Source: a virus (Duplodnaviria > Caudoviricetes). From it: 64,000 bases of DNA. Below are positions 32,496 through 42,620 of the stretch, one piece after another; the stretch's first letter is position 1; each line of letters starts with the position of its first letter. The notes beneath the pieces were generated by a model. That model was given only the letters and a program-made list of their open reading frames with translations. It was not told where the DNA came from and ran no database searches. Position numbers and translations under genes: made by a program. The stretch lies in IMG/VR virus record IMGVR_UViG_3300010885_080481. One strand, written 5' to 3'.

Positions 32496-34145
32496 TTAAT
32501 CTCGATATAACCAAGATAAATCTGTCATCGATGGATCAGAGTTAGCGTTGACATGTTTCACTTGCGAAGGTTCTCTTAGCTTGTAAACATTTTGTGGATT
32601 AATTCCGTTGGCAGCTCGAAGTGTGGGGCTTATGTAAGGTTGCGCTGAGTTCGGACCGTTAGGAATGTCATTTAATTCTACTCTAGAGATTCCTGTCGAT
32701 TTAAGCATTGCATATGCCATTGCCATCGACGATTCGTTCGTCCCACTGCCATCTTCTACTAACCAGGCTCCGATTGCTAGGCTCATGATTAAATCATCAT
32801 GACTATCCTTAGAAGCCATTGGTTTGTTATTGTTCCAGACAAAGGCCTGTAATTGATCGTATAATCTTTGTGAATGACACTTCAGGGTTTTATTTCTAAT
32901 TAATTCTTCTAACTTTGTGAGGACTTGTACCCTTGTTTTTTGGTTAGTTGGAAACCCTGGCAGTTCTGATTGGTCTGTCGGGATATAAGAAAAAGGATCT
33001 CCTTTATGGTTATGGTAGTATAACTTTGTATATCCTGAATCTCTTAACTTAACGTTGACAAAGTATCCGAAAGTATTATTTTCAGGACATATAAAAGCGT
33101 TATTGTATTTTTTCCCCCATTCAGACAACAAATCAGCAAATTTTTCAGGAGGTATTTTGCCCATATATTCGGCTACAACTTCGCAACTAGATTGATCAAT
33201 CACGTGAAAAGCTGAATAATCGGAAGCGTCGCCACGGGCTACGTCGGCGGATATAACATAATTTTTATCCAACGAAGGATGATCCCATATCCAAACGTTT
33301 CTATCAAACCCAGATTTTTCGACTGGTGGGAAGATGCGTGATCTAAATTCTTCTAGATCTTCTGATTGCAGGAACGTATCGCCTGAAGTAATAAAGTCGC
33401 AAAGATACTCTTGGCTTACTTTTCTTTTAGGTAGATTTCTAGTCTCTTTTATGAACCAAGCTTCATCGTGCTCAGGATGAACAGTCCATGGTAAACGAAT
33501 CGGATTAAACTCATTAGTTCCAGCTTCTGCCTCCACCCAAAGTCTGTAATACAAACCTCCCACACCATTTGGGGAAGATATAAGGATTGCATTACCGCCT
33601 GTCGTCAAGGTAGGATAAAGGCCGGTCCAAATCGTGTCGAAATCTCTAATAAACGCACACTCGTCTACTATCAACAGAGACAAAGCTTCTGAACGACCAG
33701 CATCCTCAGATGTAGGAACTGCTTTTATTTGAGAACCATTACTAAAAGAAATTTGTTGTTTTGACGGTTCAAATTTTGGCATTAAAAGCCATTTTGGCAA
33801 AGATTGCAACATGACAGCTACCTTCTTTATGAAGTTTTGAGCAGTAGCAAGTTTCGTTGCAATTACCAGAATGTTTTTATCTTTATAAAAGATAGCTAAC
33901 CATGTGGCATAGGCAGCAGATACAGTTGATAGTCCTAACTGTCTTGATTTTAAAACTATGTTGAATCGATTCTTTTGAAAATTCTCTAAGCAATCTTCTT
34001 GAAACTGATACAATTCAAAAGGTATCGTTCCTTTTAAAGGATGCTGAATTTTTGCATAGTTTTTAATGAAATACGCAGGATCTTTCCCGCAGCGTATGAT
34101 CTCACTAATCTGTTGTTGTTTCGTTAAATTTTTTTCAGCCATCAA
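32496..34145 (-). CDS. terL: terminase large subunit (T4 gp17-like)
   Basis: VLKSRQLGLST Walker A, LIVDECAF Walker B, ISSPNG, ISADVARG and HDDLIMS nuclease aspartates. Confidence 0.96.
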   Translation of the reverse strand: MMAEKNLTKQQQISEIIRCGKDPAYFIKNYAKIQHPLKGTIPFELYQFQEDCLENFQKNRFNIVLKSRQLGLSTVSAAYATWLAIFYKDKNILVIATKLATAQNFIKKVAVMLQSLPKWLLMPKFEPSKQQISFSNGSQIKAVPTSEDAGRSEALSLLIVDECAFIRDFDTIWTGLYPTLTTGGNAILISSPNGVGGLYYRLWVEAEAGTNEFNPIRLPWTVHPEHDEAWFIKETRNLPKRKVSQEYLCDFITSGDTFLQSEDLEEFRSRIFPPVEKSGFDRNVWIWDHPSLDKNYVISADVARGDASDYSAFHVIDQSSCEVVAEYMGKIPPEKFADLLSEWGKKYNNAFICPENNTFGYFVNVKLRDSGYTKLYYHNHKGDPFSYIPTDQSELPGFPTNQKTRVQVLTKLEELIRNKTLKCHSQRLYDQLQAFVWNNNKPMASKDSHDDLIMSLAIGAWLVEDGSGTNESSMAMAYAMLKSTGISRVELNDIPNGPNSAQPYISPTLRAANGINPQNVYKLREPSQVKHVNANSDPSMTDLSWLYRD

Positions 34146-34528
34146 GCTAACTCAAATATACATTTTCTTCTATACAACGCAGTTCTTTTTGGATTATGAA
34201 CGTTCATTCCAATGATTTCTACAGTTTCAGTAGCAGAAACTTCTTTTAACTTTAAGGTCTTTCCAGCCTTGTCTTTATAATTGCTTTTTACGTTATCAAC
34301 AATGCTTTTGATATTGCTAACAGATTGCTCAGATTCTAATAACTTCACTCTAAGCATTTCTCTTTCAGATGCAAAGTTAACAATCGTTTGGTAATTTAAG
34401 ACCAATTGATTTTGACCTGATAAGCTCATTTTTACAGAAAATCCGCTTACATTAGGTACAGGTTTTGAGGAACGACCCCATGAAGTATCTATTGCTTCTC
34501 CTAATGCGCTAAGATCTATATCTGCCAT
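34142..34528 (-). CDS. hypothetical protein
   Basis: Coupled to terminase; ATACTTA upstream. Confidence 0.7.
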   Translation of the reverse strand: MADIDLSALGEAIDTSWGRSSKPVPNVSGFSVKMSLSGQNQLVLNYQTIVNFASEREMLRVKLLESEQSVSNIKSIVDNVKSNYKDKAGKTLKLKEVSATETVEIIGMNVHNPKRTALYRRKCIFELA

Positions 34529-34580
34529 TTTGTATCCTCTACTTTAAAAACTAAAACTATAAGTATGCGTTTCCTTTGAA

Positions 34581-34880
34581 TTAGAGATTTATCGATACAT
34601 TTATCTCTTTTTTACCAAATTTCTTTTCTATTTCTAGCTTATCTGGACGCCATCCAATTTTCCATTTTTCTTGGTTTGGACGGGCCCAAAAAATTTCGCA
34701 AGTTTCGCAACAGCTGAATTGTCTAAAAGATTTTTCATCTTCAGATGTTCTCATTAAAAAATCGCAAACTGGACATGATATTGGCGTCACGTCATTTTCA
34801 TCATGGTCTTCTGCTTTTATGAAGAACCAACCTTCACACTTCTTAATTAATCTATTATTCAAATAAGGTTGCCATGTCAT
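34581..34880 (-). CDS. small Cys-rich protein
   Basis: CPVC...CCETC. Confidence 0.7.
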   Translation of the reverse strand: MTWQPYLNNRLIKKCEGWFFIKAEDHDENDVTPISCPVCDFLMRTSEDEKSFRQFSCCETCEIFWARPNQEKWKIGWRPDKLEIEKKFGKKEINVSINL

Positions 34881-37800
34881 ACAACTAAAACTCTTGATTC
34901 TTTTTCTTGCTTTGTAATCTCTAAGATGTGATCTGCAATGTCTTTTATTCCGTCCACATGTGTGATTACCAACACAATTCTAAAATACTTTTTCAAACTA
35001 GTTAAAAGCCGGCTACATGCTTCTACCCCAGACTCATCTAACGTTCCAAACCCTTCATCTATTATGAACATATCAGACTTAGGTAGAGTAGAGACGTTAG
35101 TCAATGCAATACGTAATGCAATTGACGCGATGGTTTTTTCCATACCGGAGCATAACTCAATTATTCTCCTTGAGTCTCCGTAATTGATATAAATTTCAGT
35201 CGAGTCTAGTTCTTCATCGTTCTCTAGCTCTATTGTAAAATCAACGATGCCTTGTAAGATTTTACAAATCTCAGCATTAATAACTGGTAGCTGCGTTTTT
35301 GTAATCATTAAAGGCAATCCTTTTTTTGAAAAAGCATCGCAAATCATTTCAAATGCTTTCATTTCTTTAATGAGAGCATTTCTTGAATCTTTTTCTGACT
35401 TTAACTTCTCTAGATCTGATGTTAAGCGCCCGTGCTGTTTAGCCAGTTCTAATTTTTCATTGTCATGATTCTTGATAGCCTTAGACAATTCTTCTATTCT
35501 AGATCTTAGGTTAACAACTTCATAATTTTCATTATTTTTTAAAGCCTCTTGTAGTGATAGCAATTTTTCTTGACTAGCTGCTAAATTTTCTACGCAAGAA
35601 TCACAAGCTGATTTGTTCTTTGCAATTTCAGTTTCTTTTTTAGAGATTTCTAGTTTTAAGCTTGATGATAAAGTCAATGCTTTTTCGTGTTTCGTTATTT
35701 TAGAGACGATAGAATCTTTATCAAAATCTGCTATTACTTCCAATGCTTTTTCAAGAGACTTTTTAATAGATGATTCTTTTTCTTGCTGCTGTTTGATGCT
35801 TGATTTATCCTCATGAGCATTTTTTATGAATTTGCAAGTTGGATATTCATCATTGCAAGGTACTTCTTCGAGAAGTCTTAAAGACTTTTGCTGTCTCTGC
35901 AGTATTGAAGATTCTTTTTCGTAAGAATGTTTTAAGTCTACGATAGATTTTTCTAAAGATTCAATTGTAGTTAACTTCTTTTTTAGTTCTGCTACATTTT
36001 CATTATCAATTAATTCATTTACCGCTGATAACTTTGAGCTCAACGAGTCAATTTCTGATTTTAGAGTTTCGATTCTATCAGAACAATCTTTTGCTTGTTT
36101 TTCAAGCAAAGAAACTTTTTTCTCTTGTTGTTCGACCTCTATAGATGTAACAGGTTTAAAATCTTTGTAAGATGAAATTTCAGATCGTAGGTCATTTAAC
36201 TTACTTTGAGAATCTGATATGACATTACTTAGTTCTTCAATTTTTTCGCTTAATTCTTCGCAGGTTTCTTCGCCTTGCGATTGTAGAAAGTCCCAATTTT
36301 TCTCTGGATAATTCTTTAATCGCGATTTAAACCCATTCAATTCTTTGTTAGATATCTCGTACATCTTGTCAAAGATGTCTAGGTCCAAGAATCTTGACAA
36401 CAAGGCTCGCCTTTTTGCCGAAGACAAAAGTATGAATGCGCCTGTTTCTCCTTGGGCTGAAAAAGATGTCATCAAAAAATCTTCAGATGATCCTACTAAA
36501 GATTTTATTGTTTTTTCCGTGTCAGTTCTTTGTTCTCCGCCTAGGTCTTCAGCGTCACCGTTTTCGTTAATCTTAAAAAGGTTAAGCGCGGTGGAAGCAT
36601 TGGTTAACCCTTTTTTATTTACATTCTTTGTAGTTTGACGCTCTACAACGTAGGTAGTTCCATTATGATCAAAAATTGACCTAGCTGAACAATACGGTTT
36701 TCTTACGTTACAAACGTAAAGATTCTTCATTGCGCCTCTGTCAGTCGTGTTGAACAGAGAGTACATGATGGTCCCTATTATTGAAGATTTGCCGATTCTG
36801 TTTTGTCCAAAAATTCCCACGATTCCATTCAGCTTAGAGAAATTAATCTCATTATCTTCACCGTAAGCAAAAACGTTATCCCACTTCATGTGCTTTAAAG
36901 ACCAAGAAGAACTCCTGGCTAAATCATCAGAAGTCATTACTGTTGCTAAATATTTTTTTATCTCGTTTTCTACGACGTTCCAATCGACGTCGACGTATTT
37001 GTTTTCTTTGCAATAGGCTCTCAGTAATGATAAGATCGTATCGCTTGAACGTATGTTCTTTTTCTCAAGAACAACTTCTTTAGTAGAGATTTTGCCGATT
37101 TCAGGTTTATATTCCAGTTTAAACGTCACTTCAGTTGCAATCATTTCTGAACGCAAGTGATCCGTGATAATTTGAACATCACCCTGCGAAATTGGAAGAG
37201 TTGAACGTATTCTAAATCTAGATTGTTTTGGATACTTTGAGATCTGCATAAGCAAATCTTCATGCGAACCAGACCAATCTAAAGTAACATATGGTTTTGG
37301 ATTGGGTAGCTTATAAAAATTTACGTCCCAATCTTTGGAACTTTGTATTTTCCACAGCAGATAACCATGTTCTAACTCTTCTGCATAATTTTGCTGAACG
37401 GGAGTTCCTGGGAAACCTATCCACGGTTTTCCATCACGATAGGCCAACATTTGACGTTTGTGAATGTCTCCTAAAAATGCAAAATCATAACCGTCAAAAA
37501 ATTCAACAGTTATTCCTTCTTCAATATCCCATCCTGATTCAGTGACTGACCCTCTAACTTGTCCATGATAACAAGCTATGTTAATTTTTTCAGCTTGCGG
37601 CTTTACTAAATTCCAGTTTTCTTCATCAAATAAGCTGAAAATACACCAATTGTATCCGGGGTGGAATTCGTATACTCCACTTTTTTTGTATAGATGAACT
37701 CGAGGATTATTTAAAGCTGCTACAATCGGCGACACCGCATCTTGCCTCGTAAGATTCACTAAATTGCCGTCATGATTTCCTAACGTGAGGTGAACTTGAG

Positions 37801-38017
37801 CAATTTTAGACATTGAATCGAGCCACCACGTAAGTTGATCGATGTATTCAGGCGAAATTCCTGAAACTTTCGTGTGAAAGATATCTCCCCCGACAAAGAT
37901 GTGATCAACTTCTTTGCTTTTGCAATCTTCGATAAATTTTGAAAAAATTTCTCGATATTCATCGTGACGACTTAATCCGCGCCAATGAATGTCTGCAATG
38001 TGAGCGATTCTTAGCAT
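34877..38017 (-). CDS. fused Mre11/SbcD nuclease - Rad50/SbcC ATPase (gp47-gp46-like)
   Basis: ADIH, GGDIFH, GNHD, GDIH phosphoesterase motifs; GQNRIGKSS Walker A; coiled coil with C..C hook; CSGME signature; IIDEGFGTLD Walker B. Confidence 0.93.
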   Translation of the reverse strand: MLRIAHIADIHWRGLSRHDEYREIFSKFIEDCKSKEVDHIFVGGDIFHTKVSGISPEYIDQLTWWLDSMSKIAQVHLTLGNHDGNLVNLTRQDAVSPIVAALNNPRVHLYKKSGVYEFHPGYNWCIFSLFDEENWNLVKPQAEKINIACYHGQVRGSVTESGWDIEEGITVEFFDGYDFAFLGDIHKRQMLAYRDGKPWIGFPGTPVQQNYAEELEHGYLLWKIQSSKDWDVNFYKLPNPKPYVTLDWSGSHEDLLMQISKYPKQSRFRIRSTLPISQGDVQIITDHLRSEMIATEVTFKLEYKPEIGKISTKEVVLEKKNIRSSDTILSLLRAYCKENKYVDVDWNVVENEIKKYLATVMTSDDLARSSSWSLKHMKWDNVFAYGEDNEINFSKLNGIVGIFGQNRIGKSSIIGTIMYSLFNTTDRGAMKNLYVCNVRKPYCSARSIFDHNGTTYVVERQTTKNVNKKGLTNASTALNLFKINENGDAEDLGGEQRTDTEKTIKSLVGSSEDFLMTSFSAQGETGAFILLSSAKRRALLSRFLDLDIFDKMYEISNKELNGFKSRLKNYPEKNWDFLQSQGEETCEELSEKIEELSNVISDSQSKLNDLRSEISSYKDFKPVTSIEVEQQEKKVSLLEKQAKDCSDRIETLKSEIDSLSSKLSAVNELIDNENVAELKKKLTTIESLEKSIVDLKHSYEKESSILQRQQKSLRLLEEVPCNDEYPTCKFIKNAHEDKSSIKQQQEKESSIKKSLEKALEVIADFDKDSIVSKITKHEKALTLSSSLKLEISKKETEIAKNKSACDSCVENLAASQEKLLSLQEALKNNENYEVVNLRSRIEELSKAIKNHDNEKLELAKQHGRLTSDLEKLKSEKDSRNALIKEMKAFEMICDAFSKKGLPLMITKTQLPVINAEICKILQGIVDFTIELENDEELDSTEIYINYGDSRRIIELCSGMEKTIASIALRIALTNVSTLPKSDMFIIDEGFGTLDESGVEACSRLLTSLKKYFRIVLVITHVDGIKDIADHILEITKQEKESRVLVV

Positions 38018-38050
38018 TTGTAATAAATTAATGTTTTTAGTAAGAGGTGT

Positions 38051-39034
38051 TCAAAGTTTAAAGCTGGTGGTCATCGCTTTTGATAACTTATTAATAAATA
38101 AATCATTCCAGCTGAGTGGTCTGGCTTCTGATAGTGCAGTAACAAATTCTGACTTATTCATGCTACCAGGATCTCCCCATGGTCTAACATCCACAACGAT
38201 AACGTCAATGTCATATTCTTGTAACTTCTTTACAATCTTAGGCGTCTTTTTGTTCCACATGTCTCCATCAAGTGCTAAGGCTATCGGCGTGTTATACAAC
38301 AAAATCTTATTAAAGATTTCGTGACGTTCATCTAGGTCTGATCCCAGGATTGCGGTAGAGTTATCAGGACATTTTACAAGATCAAATGCTCCCTCGACCA
38401 GAACAAGACGTTTTTTCCAATCAACATTTATTTCATTAAAAATGATAGGATTTTTATCAACGTCTGGATTATCGTACTTAGGTTTTTTATCTTTGTCTAT
38501 AGCTCTGGCTACGAAGTAGTTCAGATTTCCTGATTCATCGAATGACGGCATGATGATTCTGCGTTTCCATCTAGGTTCATCAGAAACTCCTAATTTAAAG
38601 TACCAAGCATCTCGTTCATTTAATCCTCTAGAATAGAGGTAACGCCAAGCTGCCTTTATATCAGGATCCATTTCATTTGCTAACGTAATCAGCTTAAAGT
38701 CTTTAGGTAGTTCTAATTTAAGCGGTTCTTCTTTCTGTCCTGTGACGAGTTGAGAAACGTCGCCGAAAAAACCAAATAGTTCCTTAAAAATAGAAAGATG
38801 AGTTTGCGTTCCAAACTTTCTTATGAGAGGAATTATAGATCTTGCTTTCCATCCACAAACCCAGCAGTGATTTGCTGAGGTGTCTGTTCGAATAGAGAGT
38901 TTCTTTTTTGTTAGATCAGTTGGAGCGCATATGGGGCAACGAACATCAAAGTTGATACCGTTGGACGATATGCGTCCTTTACCAAAAATGGATTCAAAAA
39001 AATTTATGCTATCAGAGACCGAACGAATGGCCAC
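38051..39034 (-). CDS. DNA primase (DnaG/gp61-like)
   Basis: CPIC...HCWVCG Zn finger, RIIMP, YFVAR, VLVEGAFD and ALDGD TOPRIM motifs. Confidence 0.9.
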   Translation of the reverse strand: MAIRSVSDSINFFESIFGKGRISSNGINFDVRCPICAPTDLTKKKLSIRTDTSANHCWVCGWKARSIIPLIRKFGTQTHLSIFKELFGFFGDVSQLVTGQKEEPLKLELPKDFKLITLANEMDPDIKAAWRYLYSRGLNERDAWYFKLGVSDEPRWKRRIIMPSFDESGNLNYFVARAIDKDKKPKYDNPDVDKNPIIFNEINVDWKKRLVLVEGAFDLVKCPDNSTAILGSDLDERHEIFNKILLYNTPIALALDGDMWNKKTPKIVKKLQEYDIDVIVVDVRPWGDPGSMNKSEFVTALSEARPLSWNDLFINKLSKAMTTSFKL

Positions 39035-39066
39035 AGAGTCATCGTAACACTAAAATATTGAATTGT

Positions 39067-39657
39067 TCACATGAGGCTCGCTGCTCGGGCGATAACATAT
39101 GCGTCTGTAGCATCTCGACTCCAATCGACAGGTTCTCCATTTTTCTTTTTTGGCCAATCGACGTGTCCCAAATCATTTTCTGACATGTATTTAAAAACTT
39201 GTTCTTTACCAGACATACCAGCTTTTGCGGTTTTTTGCATCTTTATTCCGCATAATTTTCTAGCTGAAGCAGATGAAATGTACTCAGGATCAACACCAAA
39301 AATTTCTCTTGAAATGTAAGAAACAATTCCATTAAATCTCATTAGAGTTGTGATAGTTGCAGCTGAGGACATACCTGTTCTGAAACCCATCAGGGGTTCT
39401 TCTAACGCTACTCGATATGTTCCTGGATATTTTTTGGATAGACCTCTTAACTCTAAGTTTGTTAGGTCTGCTTTTTCCCAAAAAGTTTTACACTTCTTGA
39501 ATTCGATACGATCGAGGTGAAGGATTTGAGACCCTCTATCATCAGGCGTGATTTCTGAATTGAGTATACAGATTCCTGTGACAGACGTGGAAACATCCAA
39601 TCCAAAAATTATTTTTGACACATCACAAATTATTGCATGAGAAATTTTAGTAAACAA
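39067..39657 (-). CDS. RuvC-like Holliday junction resolvase
   Basis: IFGLDVSTSVTGIC, VALEEP, D.TDAYVIA; true start possibly GTG 39621. Confidence 0.8.
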   Translation of the reverse strand: MFTKISHAIICDVSKIIFGLDVSTSVTGICILNSEITPDDRGSQILHLDRIEFKKCKTFWEKADLTNLELRGLSKKYPGTYRVALEEPLMGFRTGMSSAATITTLMRFNGIVSYISREIFGVDPEYISSASARKLCGIKMQKTAKAGMSGKEQVFKYMSENDLGHVDWPKKKNGEPVDWSRDATDAYVIARAASLM

Positions 39658-39707
39658 AGCGCGTATAACATAACCGCCGACGCCCAGATGATCTACGATT
39701 AATTAGA

Positions 39708-40115
39708 TTAAATTACGCCTAGTTGCTTTAACTCTATTTCCGTAAGCATCAAGAAAGTCATTCCATGATGATGGCACCACAGTTTTGCTGCCTCCGACTT
39801 CTTCTTAACATTAACAGAATCTAATTTCCTTTTTTGTTTTATTTCCACGACAAACTTAGTACCGTTTTTAAGTTCTACGTAAAAATCAGGGTAGTATTTT
39901 CTGATTTTTCCCGTCGACTTATTTGAAACGTATTCTATGATTACTTTTTCATAAGACCAAGAAGATACGTCAGCATGGACATCCAAAAATATCATATATT
40001 TTTGTTCCCACCCACTTCTAAACTTGCACTCACCTGCAATAGGGGATATGTGAATGCCTCTTTGATAACGTGGTTTTTTCTTTCTTCTTTTTTTCTTTGT
40101 CTTTTTACCAATCAT
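39708..40115 (-). CDS. head completion nuclease (T4 gp4/TnsA-like)
   Basis: FRSGWE, WSYE, YYPDF, VEIK, AAK.WC. Confidence 0.8.
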   Translation of the reverse strand: MIGKKTKKKRRKKKPRYQRGIHISPIAGECKFRSGWEQKYMIFLDVHADVSSWSYEKVIIEYVSNKSTGKIRKYYPDFYVELKNGTKFVVEIKQKRKLDSVNVKKKSEAAKLWCHHHGMTFLMLTEIELKQLGVI

Positions 40116-42594
40116 ACTTTACTTTGAAGGCAATCTTGTCAGTGTGCCTCTTCATAATTGGTTGAGCCAATTGGGTTTTCATGACCACGTTGAGATTATC
40201 ATCGTGAAAGTTTATGCCTGTTATGTAAACAAACTTTGAATCATACTCATTAGGACGTAATGTTGATGGCACATTTTCATAAGTTGGATTTGAAGAAGAG
40301 TTTAAAAGGTTTGCTGGTGCTACTACTTCGAATCTCAAGGTATGAATGTTCTGTTCACCTTTAAAAGACATTTCGAATTGATCTTTACCGAAAAAGTACA
40401 AATGAGGATTTTTTATAGCTATTATTCCTTCATTATAAAAAATAGTTCCAACTGCATTCCATTGGCAATGTTTAGTTTCTGCGTCGGCTCTATACAAAGT
40501 TCCATTACCGTTGTCTTTGATTCTAATCTTGACGGCGCCACCAGATCCTGTTAACGCATTGTCATAAAGCGTAAAACTTCCTGGTATTATGTTCAATCCG
40601 TAATACAAATTGCTAACGTCAAAAAATGTTATTTGGTTAGAACTGTTGTCTTTAGTTCTTATTACGTCAGCCGCAGGAAAGTTATATTGAACGACTCTAG
40701 CTGTATTATGATTCGTCAAATTAAAAGTTTGATTTTGATAAGCATAAATTGAGCCGCCTATGTTTGGTGACACAGGATTTTCAGGAGTTGTCACGAGCAG
40801 GCTTGTTATACTTTGTTCAGATGCTGGTTCTTGTGCATTAAAATATTGGGATTTTAATGCAATCATGTTATTAAGGCTTATGAACCCAGGAGAAAAAGAG
40901 TAGTAATCATCCACATTAGTTGTCGTAAGTTCTTCGTTTCTTAAAACATCATAGTTGGGATAAAAGTTGCCGTCGTCGCAAGGAAGTATCAATAAGTTTC
41001 TTTTTCTGTTAGACGGGACGTCGTAAATGTAGTCATTAGCTTTTCTAGTTTGACCTGATATAGTGGGCCAGCTATATTCATATCCTATTTGTCTTGCGAA
41101 ATTATTTGTAGAAAAATCTTTTAGAAAATTTTCAGTGTTTATTAAATGACCGTTCGATCCAAAAGCTAGCTGAATGTTAAAAGGTGTAACAGTGGTTCCT
41201 GAATTTACGTTATTTACTCGCCAAGGAACTTGGCTTCTTATGGCCGTTTTTTCTACGAAAAATGGAGGTAAGTAAAATGCCGTCCCGGCCAATGCTATTT
41301 CATTGGGTCCATAAGAGCTAGAAACTCTTATTTCTGCATCTGTGATATAATAATTTTTTATAGTTAAATTATGCAGTTCTGCTTGAAGAGGGTGATTTAA
41401 AACTAGCGGCCAAGGTTCATCTACAGAGCTATCTGGATCTAATTCGTAGGTTCCCCACTTTTGTTTTGCTAGGTTGGTAAAAAACTTTTTTTGTTGATTT
41501 AATCCTACGTTATTTCCTTCAAAGAAATTTCCTACTAATAAAGCATCGGGATTTCCTGAGTTCTTAAAAACTTTTGGAGAGATAGTACCTGAAGGTAATG
41601 AAAAATTACCCTTATTAATTCCATCGATTATAAAAGAACCTGTTCCGTTATTTACTGAACCTCCTCCCCAACGAATGACGGCATGATGCCAATTATTCCA
41701 TGCCAAGGCGTTGTCATCGGATATAAAAGTTAAATCGTTAGGATATCCTCCTGAAGTGGCGAGGGAAGGTCGAGCGTCGGCACTGTGACTCAATTGTAAC
41801 ATCAATCGGAATCCAATAGGCAATCCGTTAAAATCTTTTTTAGATCCTGTTATCAAAGAAACAGCGTAAGAAGAAGATAGATGAAAAATTGTGCCTGCTT
41901 TAAAATGACCTTTTTCTAAAGAATTGTATTTTGGATTTATGTGAAAATCAAAAGAAAAATTGTTATGTATAGTGTATACACCCGAAGCATGATCAGGATA
42001 AGAAGAAGCCCACCTACCATCATCATAGTTTGGATAAACTAATGCTGTCTTGTTGTCATATCCTAGAGGTGTTGTTGAGGACGAGAAAAAATTAAGAGAA
42101 TGATAGTTGCAATAGCCCCAATGGGCCGATGGATATGCACTTTTGTAGTAAGTGGATAGATTGTTTTTTATTATGGATTTTCTTAAGTAATTTTTAGAAA
42201 AATATGTGTAATTAGGGAGCGCGTCTTCAACGGATCCGCTGACAGGGGTCGGAGTGAACCTGATGATATCTAGCTTTTTTTGTTTTTTTGCAGATACTGT
42301 TTGATTTTTTACATCAACGTCCAAATAATCTTTTAGATTATTTAAAACGTTGTTGTTGTTTGGATTTTTTACAGCATTTTTGATGCTGTTTATTGAAATT
42401 TCAATGTCTTTATCATTGAATGTGCTCTCTAAAAATCCTTCTAGGGGTCTTAGTTCTTTTTCGATTGTAGAACGTCTTTGAAAAATGTGTAAAGAACCAG
42501 TTACGCCTGAAGAACTAGACGAATAAAAACGAGTTGGATTCGTCGCGACAGTAACAGTTTGAAAATCTAACTGGTTTATCTTGAATATTGACAT
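40105..42594 (-). CDS. baseplate/tail-associated protein with LamG-like domain
   Basis: FDFHINP...WHHAVIRW...FIIDG; C-terminal YITGINFHDDNLNVVMKTQLAQP. Confidence 0.65.
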   Translation of the reverse strand: MSIFKINQLDFQTVTVATNPTRFYSSSSSGVTGSLHIFQRRSTIEKELRPLEGFLESTFNDKDIEISINSIKNAVKNPNNNNVLNNLKDYLDVDVKNQTVSAKKQKKLDIIRFTPTPVSGSVEDALPNYTYFSKNYLRKSIIKNNLSTYYKSAYPSAHWGYCNYHSLNFFSSSTTPLGYDNKTALVYPNYDDGRWASSYPDHASGVYTIHNNFSFDFHINPKYNSLEKGHFKAGTIFHLSSSYAVSLITGSKKDFNGLPIGFRLMLQLSHSADARPSLATSGGYPNDLTFISDDNALAWNNWHHAVIRWGGGSVNNGTGSFIIDGINKGNFSLPSGTISPKVFKNSGNPDALLVGNFFEGNNVGLNQQKKFFTNLAKQKWGTYELDPDSSVDEPWPLVLNHPLQAELHNLTIKNYYITDAEIRVSSSYGPNEIALAGTAFYLPPFFVEKTAIRSQVPWRVNNVNSGTTVTPFNIQLAFGSNGHLINTENFLKDFSTNNFARQIGYEYSWPTISGQTRKANDYIYDVPSNRKRNLLILPCDDGNFYPNYDVLRNEELTTTNVDDYYSFSPGFISLNNMIALKSQYFNAQEPASEQSITSLLVTTPENPVSPNIGGSIYAYQNQTFNLTNHNTARVVQYNFPAADVIRTKDNSSNQITFFDVSNLYYGLNIIPGSFTLYDNALTGSGGAVKIRIKDNGNGTLYRADAETKHCQWNAVGTIFYNEGIIAIKNPHLYFFGKDQFEMSFKGEQNIHTLRFEVVAPANLLNSSSNPTYENVPSTLRPNEYDSKFVYITGINFHDDNLNVVMKTQLAQPIMKRHTDKIAFKVKYDW

Positions 42595-42620
42595 TAAAAT
42601 TCTTCATTATCTTAATGATA

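Noticed and set aside
32161-34528. Small terminase assignment for ORFs flanking terL
   Set aside because: No recognisable gp16 motif; left as hypothetical
23399-39034. Introns or inteins in capsid, terminase, portal, Mre11-Rad50 or primase
   Set aside because: The ORFs are continuous, of expected size, and show no C/S...HN splice motifs or LAGLIDADG/HNH inserts
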